From: Asterias rubens
Lineage: Eukaryota
Length of the DNA stretch: 64,000 nucleotides
NCBI RefSeq assembly: GCF_902459465.1
Contig: NC_047073.1
Span: 1,550,001-1,614,000 of the forward strand
Reading direction: 5' to 3'
In this document: piece by piece, positions 26,401-38,400 of the stretch
Layout of the letters: every line of letters starts with the position of its first letter
How positions within the stretch are numbered: position 1 is the first letter of the stretch
Translations under genes and position numbers: made by a program
The notes under the pieces: generated by a model
Database searches by the model: none
Seen by the model: only the letters and a program-made list of their open reading frames with translations
Told to the model about the DNA's origin: nothing

Positions 26401-29400
26401 TTTAAAAAAATTAACTCATTAAAGTTACCATGAGCGATGTCAAATGCAAAAGTTTGTGACAGTATTTATAATTAGTGTCTTTTTGTTTCCCATTTTACAA
26501 CAATTTCCAACAATTTTTCAATAATTTTCCAACAATGTGCAGCTCTCATACAGGGTGCTGGACAAACCTTATGACACCAGCTTCAGTCTAAACAGCTCAT
26601 TTGAATCTGTCGACATAGATTCATCAGATATGCATCGCTTCATCAGTGGTTTAGAACCAACAACAAAATATGATTTCCGACTGAAAGGTTTCAACAGTGC
26701 TGGTGTTGGAGAGAAAGCAACACTAGAAGCATTTACTGCAGTTGAGACAGGTATTGTGGGACATCATTCAGTTATCAAAATTTCCTTAAAATGGTGAATG
26801 CTAAATTTTTACTTGAACATCTAAAACCGTTTTAAGACCGGTGTTACGAATTTTGTTTTGTCGACGTAAAGTCATATGAACTACAATGTCAACTGTTTCA
26901 ATGTTTCCAAGTCACCAAAACTAAAATGCGTATTTTAAAACGAATAGATATATTTGTTGTATTTCTTTGTTGGCTACGTCAAAGCCTAACTGTGTCACAT
27001 TCTTGTTTGGGAACGTCTCCAAAGTTTGACATTATTCTAGGCGCGAAAGAACATTTCATCTTTTGACTTTTGAGATGCTCCGTTATGTTCTGTTTTGGAA
27101 AGAGAATCTCCCCAAGGTACATATTTTCTTTGACTTTACAGATCTTCCTGCTCCGACTCAGCTATCCGAAAAAGATATTTCAGATTTGACATCTTCCACA
27201 GTCACTATAGCTTTGAGTCTTCCATCCTCGTCAAAGTACATTACGTAAGTTGAAAATATGCAAATGATTTTTAACCTGTATAATTTTAAAACTGCACATC
27301 CTTAATGCGCCAACATTCATCTTTTCTCGTTGATTTTATGTGTTGTGTATAGTGAAGCATCATTTTCGGGTTTTAAAATTGCCTCTGTTTGGTCTTGAAC
27401 AAAATTGTCAAAGAAAATATCAACATTGTTACTGAAACAATGAGAACTGAAATTTAAATAGTGACCTACTCATGAACATTGTTTCTATTATTCAGAGGCG
27501 TGCAAGTTGGTGTACAGCGGGTTAAGACAGTCACTAGGGACACCAGGGGATCGAGGTACCAACGATCCACTGAACCAACTCTTGATTATGTAGCTGCAGA
27601 ATTACCTAAGAAGGGTCTCCCTGCAACATTCACTGTGGGTGATGGAGAAACACTGGGAAATTATCTAAACAAACCCCTTGAAAGCAACACTCAGTATGAC
27701 ATCTATCTGGGATCAGTCAGTAGGATTTCTCAATCGGTAAGCCTTGTATTTTACTTCTTGTGTTATTATTTTACCAATGACAAACTGACCCGTTGCAGCA
27801 ATGCAGCATACTCTCTGGCACGCTTGCCAATAAGAAGAATGCTTGCTTCAGATTTCTCCTGAAGACAACCAGGCATCCTGATCGAAACGTTGAGTCGCTA
27901 ACGTTAAGTTCTAGGCATTGAAAGCAAGTAAACAGGCTTTGAAAGTTGAAATTTTACGCAAGTTTGATAACACCTTAAAGATGTTGATTTGATTTTTCTC
28001 TTCATTTTTATTAGACTTTTGCCGTTAAGTGGAGTGAACCGTTCACAGTTCAAGGTAATTTACTGTTTTGTGACAATTTTGCTTTAATTCAACTACTCAA
28101 AAACTCCACCTTTAATCGTATTGTGAAAATGTTGTTGTGTTTCAACGCGGGGTCTTTCAAGTAGGACAGGAAGGGAACAATAGTCTGGTTGCTTTCTACT
28201 TCAGTGAGAATAAAAGCTATTGTTCCTGTAAGGGCACCATCCACAAATGGATAACGATGCAAATACAGATGCATGTCATATTGATTAGTGTTACTGCTGA
28301 CTCACTAACTTATTATAGGAGTCAACAATGGCTATTTATAGGACGCTTTGTTGTGTTTTTTTCTTTAAAATAATTGAGAAATGTTTGTTTGTCAGTGCCA
28401 CAAAGTGCAAGCCCACCGGTAGCTGCTGTTGTGGTTCCATTGATGCTGATTGTCCTGATTGGTATTGGGGTTGCTGTGATCTTCATAATAAGGTAGTTAT
28501 TAAAGTCTCAATTGAGTAATGTTTGTTTGTCAGTGCCACAAAGTGCAAGCCCACCGGTAGCTGCTACTGTGGTTCCATTGGTGTTGATTGTCCTGATTGG
28601 TATTGGGGTTGCTGTGGTCTTCATAATAAGGTAGTTATTAAAGTCTCAATTGAGTAATTTCTGCGCTCCCTCGTTAGTCACCTCCAAATATTAGTTTGTT
28701 CCCCCCAAAATGTTGTTTTTAGGAAACGAAAATACATATCAGGGGAAAGAAATTACTTTTCGTGGGAGCAAAAATTAATATTTTAATTGGTTTCTTACAA
28801 CTAATATTTAAGGGAAAGAAAAAATACTTCGAGTAACGCAATAATATTTCGAGGGGTCAAACTAATGATCTTTTCAATTAAGAAGCTCTGTAGATCTCAG
28901 CATTCGGCTGCAAAGCATGTGATAAACCCTCTCTAGTGCATTAATGAACCAATCAAGGAAATAATCTTTGCCTAATGAGAGGTTAATTTTGTATTTGTTG
29001 TTTATTTTCCGTACCTTTGACAGGCGAAAGAAGAGGCTGAGACATCTCAACGCTGTAAATGGTAGGTCACAATTTACAACTCGGTAAACTTTCATTTTAG
29101 TTATATCAACATATTGTGCAGGTTTGTCTGAAAGGATGAGAATATTAGACTTAATTTAAATTCAGAGCTTTATACATGTATGGCTATTATTTTTTTCATA
29201 TTACAAAGAAACCCTGCCCATTCTTCTATTCTGTAGTGCCAAGAATAGCTACCCTTAAACTCATTAAAATCGAGAATTACAGGAGTTGCTAAAAAGTTGG
29301 AATGTGGTCATGCTCACATCTTAACAATTATATCCTAGTTACTGAAGTTTGGACTTAATTTTGTCGTTGGCAACACGTACAATGGAGATATGTTAAAGCA

Positions 29401-32400
29401 TCTATACTACTCAAGATGGACCAAATATTACATTATTTTAAATATGTTCTGCACCTCCTTTTCTGTCCACACCTTTAGTTAAGTTTGATTTTAAATGTTT
29501 GTTTTCATTTGTTTAAACAGCAGGGGTGCGGATAGGCAATGACAAACTTTCTACAGGACTAGACAACCCTGACGTTGATGTCACCTATGATGTTATTGCT
29601 GAAACCATATCAACGAATGTGCCAATCATTGCACCACCCGCTCTACCAGCCACTACACCAGCCACGACACCAGCCAATAAACCAGCCACTTCACTGGCCA
29701 CAGCACCAGCCACTGCACCAGCCAGACCGAAGCCGGTTAAGGAGAAGAAGCAATTTACGGCTCCTTTCCCGATTCCGTTGTCAGAGTTGAAAGTCTATGT
29801 CAGCAAGAAGAAGAAGGAAACGTACAAAGAAGGCAATGGGTTTTTGTTTGACTATGAGGTGAGTTATGATAATAACAAGATGTGAATTTGTTTATTCATT
29901 AGGTTCATTAATTGCTTTTACCAATTCACACTAATGATTATGATGAGCAATATTATTAAGAATAACAAGCTCTTTCAAAAGTGTTTAATGTTTTTTTCTT
30001 TTTCTTTTTCGATAATTAGAATTTGCCTGATTTCGACCGTCATTCATGTGAAAGAGCAAAGGACGAGAAAAACAAGGAGAAGAATCGCTATGTTAACGTC
30101 ATTCCTTGTGAGTTGAAAAATATTGAATATGATCAACATTGTTTTTCATTCTGAAATGTTCTCTCCAAACCACTTGTCGAATGAGGTATTAGCACCCCAC
30201 GTGACTTTAGGCATGCACCATAGATGAATTAACAACAACCTTTCTCCATGCCTTTCTGTCCTCAACTGCCCTCTGTTTAATTGGGAAATATTTCAAATTC
30301 ATGGCCTTGCATTGATTTGATTCCTAACTTTTTGTCCACCACAGACGATTTTTCTCGTGTTGTGCTTGAGAAACTACCGGATCAACCAGACTCCGATTAT
30401 GTAAATGCAAGTTACATAGATGTAAGTTAGTCATAATTACTGTTTCTAATCTGACTGATCCCTTTAAGCTTCTAAAGAATCGATAATAGACCACTCCAGT
30501 TTTACAAAGAACTGAATCAAGTTCGGAAAACTTCCCAATCAGTTCTGGTCCCTGTCCGTCTTTAAAGATAAGTTGATGGACCGCTGGAGTAGAAGAGGAC
30601 TCCAACCAATTATGGCGCAACAACTTATTAATTAGTAAAGAGTATTTGAAGGCCCCACAATCCACAAAATCAAGGTGCTTATGACGCACGAGAGTGAAAA
30701 TTAGACAAAGACCAAATCGATAAGCCACAAGCTGGATTAAACAATGATACAGTAAATAAAGCAAAACTTCCCTGAAAGAGTGTTAAAAAAACAGTACAAA
30801 AATCTCTTAAAAATTCGTTCAACCAGCCCAGAAAAGGACTGTTATAAAAAATCATCTTTGGAAATGCAAACAATGTTTTTGCTTCCTTCTCACCATTACA
30901 GGGTTTCAATGAACCGAACAAATACATGTTAAAAAAACAGTACAAAAATCTCTTAAAAATTCGTTCAACCAGCCCAGAAAAGGACTGTTATAAAAAAACA
31001 TCTTTGGAAATGCAAACAATGTTTTTGCTTCCTTCTCACCATTACAGGGTTTCAATGAACCGAACAAATACATAGCCAGCCAAGGTAAGTCAAGTAATTA
31101 AACAAACTTATGCAACTGTTCTTAGAGGTTTGAACACTAAAAAGGAACTAGGCATATACAAACAATTTACAATGTTTCCATCGTGGCCGAGCAGCTCAGC
31201 ACAATACTCTGTCGTCAGAGTGTGGGTTTAAGCCTCAGTCGTGGCAAAAGTTGCCTGAGATGAAATTATTAATTTTGAGAAGGCAAATACTATACTTTAG
31301 GACACTTTCTTCATTTGGTATAAAATATGGATCGGCAGCTCACTGAATATCTCATTATTATTTTATGAATCACAATTTCAGGTCCAAATAAGGCTTCTGT
31401 TTGTGATATGTGGAGGATGATATGGCAGGAGAATACCACTAAGATTGTCATGCTCACCAACCTACAAGAAGGAGTCAAGGTAATTTAAGCTGCATTGCTG
31501 CTGGGACAATGAGCTCACACTTATGTTTACACCAAAAGTAGATTTGTAGTTGGTACCCTGTCTTTATATGCAAGGTATAAAGACAGTGGTTTCATAGGAC
31601 ACTATGATTTTAAACGCGCAGTGACGTAAGCTTTCTGTGTTTTGATTGGTCCGAGGTGACGCTTGGCAGCTGCACCTTGTCCATGAAAATTGATGTGGTG
31701 AAAGGTGATTATGGCTTCAATCACGAGCCTCAAAAAGTGTGACGTCAGATGTTCAGGCTAAACCAAAAGCAGCCGTCGTCCAATGGTCTTTTGAGGGCGC
31801 TATGTAGTCAAAAGTCAAACGGGTGCAGAATAAAGAGGGACACTATAAACGGTATCTCAGTGCAGTCGGTGCTAGAAAGCGCACATTGCTCATTTATTTT
31901 AGCCGGGATGATTCTATTTGGTTTGTTCTATTCCTTTTTAATCTTTCAGGAAAAATGTGAGAAATATTGGCCAGACAAAAAAGCACAGTACGGAGATTAT
32001 GTTGTCACTTTGAAAAAAGAGGAAACACACGCAGACTACATTGTCCGAGACTTCAAAATTACTCTGAAATTAGAGGTAATGAATTACATAACTTGTTTAT
32101 TTTGAATCCAACACAGACAGACTCTACAAAGTGTTTTAACTTCATAAAAATAGCGACCCATATTATAAGTTTGAACTATGCTAGATGCAGAACCGAATTA
32201 AACCATTTTCCCAGATCCTTTGCAATCACACTCTGCTATACTGTCTATACACTGTGGATGATGCCTTTAATTTAAGTAATGCTCAAAATTCTACTTTTAA
32301 ACACTCTATAGGATGAATGGACCAGACAAGTTCGTCAGTATCATTTCACAACATGGCCCGATACGGCCTTGCCTGATGATCCAATCAAAGTGGTGAACTT

Positions 32401-35400
32401 TGTCAAAATGGTAAAGTCCAGCTACAACCAAAAGAATGATGGTCCAATGGTCGTTCATTGCAGGTACTTTTGTGATTGCACATTACTTAAAGACATTGGA
32501 TATATATTGGTAATTGTCAACGACCAGTCTTCTCACTTGGTGTATCTCAATTATATGCATCAAATAACAAACCTGTGAAAATTTGAGCTCAATTGGTCGT
32601 CGAAGTTGCGAGATAATAATGAAAGAAAAAACACCCTTGTCACACGAAGTTGTGTGCTTTCAGATGCTTGATTTCGAGACCTCAAATTCTAAATCTGAGG
32701 TCGCGAAATCAAATTCGTTGAAAATTACTTCTTTCTCGAAAACTACTATACTTCAGAGGGAGCCGTTTCTCACAATGTTTTATACTATCAATCTCTCCCC
32801 ATTACTCGTCACCAAGTAAGGTTTTATGCTAAAAATTATTTTGAGTAATTACCGACAGTGTCCACTGCCTTTAAGACTATTTTACAGTGTATTAAAGGCC
32901 ACAGTGGAAACTGATAGGGGAGCCAATCAGCCAACCATTAAAGAAATCACTATGGAATTCCGGTTACGGTGATTCAGAAGAACTAGGATTCCCAGCAGGA
33001 TAATCCTCAAAACCAGGATCCCCGACCAGTACGATCAATATTAAGATAATAAATGTTACATTTATACCAGGATCCTCCAACAAATCCCGCCAAATTCGGC
33101 CGGAAGATTTTCCCGCTAGGATCAGCCCAAAATTAAACATTATTGTTTCACCACAAAATCTTATGATTTTGTTTGAAAAGGAAGAGTGAAATCATACATT
33201 TAGCCTGACCGAGAAACTTTGTGCATAGGGTAGACAGTGTAGCCACGAAGACAGTTCTGATTGGGGTTTTTTTCCCAGGTGTGGGTGCATCACACAACTT
33301 TGTTAATGTAAGGAGCCTTAAGGCAAACAGAAAAAGTAAAACCGGTACATACTCACAATGTTTTAAATATCTGTAATAGTTAAGACGCAATCATTGGAAA
33401 ACGAAGAGCACTTTTATGAGACAGGCTATGCTGAAACCATTGGAGGCGTGTTTTTGTTTTAAACGAAAATTTGGACTGGAGAGAGGGAAGGGCGTTGGAT
33501 GAGTGGTGGGGGATTTATTTCTGTCTGTTGGTAATCAAGCAGTTTGTTATAGCGCCTAGAAATAAGTTAAGCAAGAAAAACAGGGGTGTATTTGAACAGA
33601 GGCAAAGACTCATCAAAATGTTCATTCACGCAATGTTCATGCCTGTAATTATTCATGTTTTTTTGTAGCACTGGAATCGGTCGTACTGGGTTGTTTTTGG
33701 TTTTGGACGCCATGTTGGACCAGGCAAAAGCAGAAGATCGAGTCGATATCTGGAACTTTGTTTGTGGTATGAGAGACAAACGGATGAAGATGATTCAATC
33801 ACCGGTAAATTAGATACATTAATTTATCTCAGGTCATTTGTTCTGTCTATTTTTTCCCGTTTTGTCCAATGTTTTCTTGAAGTGTTCCCTAAACCAGAAA
33901 TGAAACAAGAACATTGGAGAAAGGTTTATCAGAGTAGATGTTGCCCAAATTGTTTACAAAAAATACATTAGAACATCAATTTATCTGAGGCCATTTGAGC
34001 AAGTTCTCTCTAGTGTTTTCCTGTTTTGTCCATTGTTTTCTTGAATTGTGCCCGAAACCATAAATGAAACAATCACATTGGAGTAGATGCTGCCCAAATG
34101 TTTACAAAAAGTAAACAATAATTTGGTAGACAATGACAATTGACGTTTGCATAATTATAGTTAAGCTTTCACAAACATCACTTTTGTTAGGCTTTAAGTG
34201 TATTATATCAATGTGAAAGTTGTAAACTTTTGTATCACAATGTCCTAAAACCAATCTGCTCATTCAGGAGTTGTTTAAAACTAGATCTCTTAACATCTAG
34301 ACCACCGTAGGTTTGGTGGATTTACAGAAAATGGTCTTGGCCATAGTGCCTCTTCAAAAGTATCTATTAAACTTAAATATTTTCCAACGAAAGGGCCCTT
34401 TGTAAAATGATTTTTTCATTTTATTAATAAAAACAGGCCCAATATGAGTTTATCTTTGAAGTCCTGATTGAGACGTTCCTTTGTGGTGACACCAGCATTA
34501 AACCAAAACAGATTCCCACCAAGCTTACTGCTTTGAAGAAAGTCACAAAGGGCAGTAGGAAGACAGGACTGCAACTAGAGTTTGAGGTGACAACTCTTTT
34601 TATCAACTTTGTTTCATTTCATTATGTCTGTATTTTTAAATTGAGGAGTCTGGAAATTTATATTCCAACATTTCATTAAAAGTGTTTCGTCGGGCATAAA
34701 TAATGTTATTTCTTGGTTCTTACCCTTATACTGTATGTGACAAGCACTGGCAAAGTCTCCACATTAAATGCAATTTTAAACATCTCCCTGCTTAATTTTG
34801 TACAAAATCTCGCCGATTACGAGATGCAAATGATGTCATCTCTGACGTAGTCCTGAGGTAACTGGAATAAGCATTCAATATTCACCTAATCATACTATTT
34901 TCAAATCATTCTTTCTGTCTTTAAACAGACCCTGAATTTGGTCACCAATATTCCGGACCCTGTCAAATTTAAAGGAGGTCGGCAACCAGAAAACGTTGAG
35001 AAGAACAGATTTCCAGACAAACTACCAGGTGAGGTTTCTGTTCAGTTTATAAATGACTTCTCATGACAAAGTTGTTGTACACTCTAAAAAGTCCCGGGTC
35101 AGAAATTTGACCCGGACTCCGGGTCAGAAATTTTTGACCCTTTCTGGGTCATCGTGACCCGGAAAATGGTTATCGTGTTTAGCCAAGTGCCGGGTCAGTT
35201 ATAGTTTTAACCCGTGACCGGGTCAGATTGACATATATGTTTCTTTGCAAAATAGATTTTTTTACCAAATTAAAGCTGTAGTTATTCTGCGATCACTTTG
35301 AAATAAATGCATTCAGTCAATGAAGTCAACTTTATTTATATTCTTTGAACTAAAGTTGTAACCGTACCCGAGGGTGTTGGGGTAGGTTCTTCAACCCACA

Positions 35401-38400
35401 CAGTTGCTAATTTAAAGCTTGATTGAACCAGCTTCATGCTCTGCTGTGCAGGCCATCATTGTAGGATCTAACAAGGAAATTAAAGTCACCAACATTTTAT
35501 TTTTCAAGCTGATCAGTTCCGACCTCACTTGATAACATCAGGACAACATGGATCCAACAACTACATCAATGCCTGCTTTCTCAATGTAAGTCATCATACT
35601 TCAGTGATTTGTTGAGTTCCTTTTGATAAACCAAACCATCACAGAAATATTTATCATCTGAAAGCTCACTGATTCTAAAGTTCATACCAGTACCAATCCT
35701 CCAGAGAAATCTTTCCATCTGAAAGCTCACTGATTCTAAAGTTCATACCAGTACCAATCCTCCAGAGAAATATTTCCATCTCAAAGTTCACTGATTCTAA
35801 AGTTCATACCAGTACCAATCCTCCAGAGAAATCTTTCCATCTGAAAGCTCACTGATTCTAAAGTTCATACCAGTACTAATCCTCCAGAGAAATATTTCCA
35901 TCTGAAAGCTCACTGATTCTAAAGTTCATACCAGTACCAATCCTCCAGAGAAACATTTCCATCTGAAAGCTCACTGATTCTAAAGTTCATACCAATACCA
36001 ATCCTCCAGAGAAATTTTTCCATCTGAAAGCTCACTGATTCTAAAGTTCATACCAGTACCAATCCTCCAGAGAAATCTTTCCATCTGAAAGCTCACTGAT
36101 TCTAAAGTTCATACCAGTACCAATCCTCCAGAGAAATATTTCCATCTGAAAACTCACTGATTTTAAAGTTCATACCAGTACCAATCCTCTAGAGAAATAT
36201 TTCCATCTGAAAGCTCACTGATTCTAAAGTTCATACCAGTACCAATCCTCCAGAGAAATATTTCCATCTGAAAACTCACTGTTTTTAAAGTTCATACGAC
36301 TAGCAACCCTCAAAAGAAATACTTGCATCTGAATTTAAAATTCACTAGTACCTATTTCAATTGCCAAAAACAAAATAATTTATTTAAGTTTTTGGGGTTT
36401 TGTTTTGCAACTCCTTGGGGAAAAAAAGATGCACTTTACGTAAAACCTCACTGGACCCGAATTACCTCGTTAAGTTCACTTCTGTAGATTGTTATTAGCT
36501 GGGATTCATGGGAGATCAGTGAGTTTTTCTTACTGAATGGATTTCCCAGAATAAACAATAAATAAATAAATAAATACCTCGGCCGTCATGGATCAACAAT
36601 TTTTCTGTCAACTTTCTGAATTGACAGAGTCCTAGCTCCAAAGGAAAGTACATTGTCACCCAAATGCCCTTACCTCACACCATCAGTGACATGTGGAGAA
36701 TGGTCCATGACTACAATTCAACTTGTATCGTCATGTTGAATACAGTAAACAAAAAAGACCCGGTAAGTAGAACATGTCATATTGCTTGGAAAATCAATTT
36801 CGAAAATCTACTTTATTTGATATGAAATACTGTACTTTTAAAAACTGTTTTTGTTGTATTTGTAATTTTTTATTTTTCAATTTTTTTGAAACGAAGTTAA
36901 GCCATAAATTATTGTTTACCAAAGCTAAAAGTACACATAAATTGTGTTATTATCTGCTAAAAGTAATTTGTTCATTGATTTGATTAAATTTAGAAAGTAT
37001 CACTATCTCTACTAATTTGTCTTCCTGACAGACATGTGTTGAGTATTGGCCAGAGAGAGACTCTGCATCATATGGCAATCTGACAGTCACTCTTCAGTCA
37101 ACTGATAAAGTGGGACCAAACATCGTTATACGACACCTATCCCTGTCTGATGATCAGGTACAATGCTAGAATTAATCATTGAAACTAGGGCTGTCTAAGT
37201 AGGTCACTGTGGCTGTGACTTTGGCTGTAGCTAATGGTGTTACTTCCCTGGTAGATATACAGAGTACCATGCCCAGAATTCATATGATTTGATTTCATGT
37301 AAAAACATTCGATTTAAAACAAACTACTAAAGAGGACGGAACAAATTCATGATGTCCGAGGTGGTAAAAGCCTCTGTTGCAGTTCGTCTTATTTTTTATG
37401 TCCCTTAAAAAGTTTCCAATAATTTTAAGATTGTCCATTGTGAAGTGTACAATGTATAATGTCCCCATCTTAAAAATAAATCAGTTCACTTCAAGCCTTT
37501 ACCTGTTTGAAAGGCAGAATCGTTTAACTCACTGAAACTATTCCAGGTTGCATACATCAATGGTGCCTTGACGTCAATGCCATACTTGGGGCATACCTAC
37601 AATGTCATTACAAAATCAAACAACAAGTTTTGTTTGCACTGACTGACTTTCCCATCCCCGAAGTTGTAAGTTTATGTTTCATTCTTGTCACTGATACCCA
37701 GGAATCCCGTCTGATTTGTCACCTTCAACTACTCAACTGGCCCGTTGGTGGCATACCATCGTCACCAAGATCCATCGTAGAGTTGGTCACAGCCGTTAAA
37801 GAGTGGCAACTCGGGCACAAAGACGACCGAACTACAATTCAGTGCATGTAGGATCTTTGGTCATTTCCTTCTGCTAGTTTTCAATAAACACCCAATCCAA
37901 CAAAACTCAGAAAAATAAATGTTGTAACTTTAAGCTGGCTCATTGTTTTGGATGAAAAGGACAAAGTTTACGTTTTGCGGTTTGTGACAGTAACTTGATA
38001 ATTTTTCAATTATTTTCAACATATTTCAGTCAAGATCCAAATATAAATATTAACAGAGAAGAAACATCTCTAAGAGTTGCCGTAAGAACATGATAGGATG
38101 GTAGAATAGTTTGTGTTTGACACAGAACAAATCCCAAAACGTTTACTGTGTTCACGACAACTCAAAATGATTTTATTATTTCTTGTTTGACAGTGACGGT
38201 GAGGGCGCTAGTGGATCATTCTGTGCTCTCCTTAACGTCATAGAGAAACTGAATATTGACAATGTGGTGGATGTCTTCCAAGAAGTCAAGAAACTCAGAG
38301 TCTCATGTCATAGATTGGTGCAGTCACAGGTAAGCTGAGTTTGATATATCAAGGGTTGATACCATCTGTTACCATGCTGTGCCTTTCAGCATTTTTTTTT

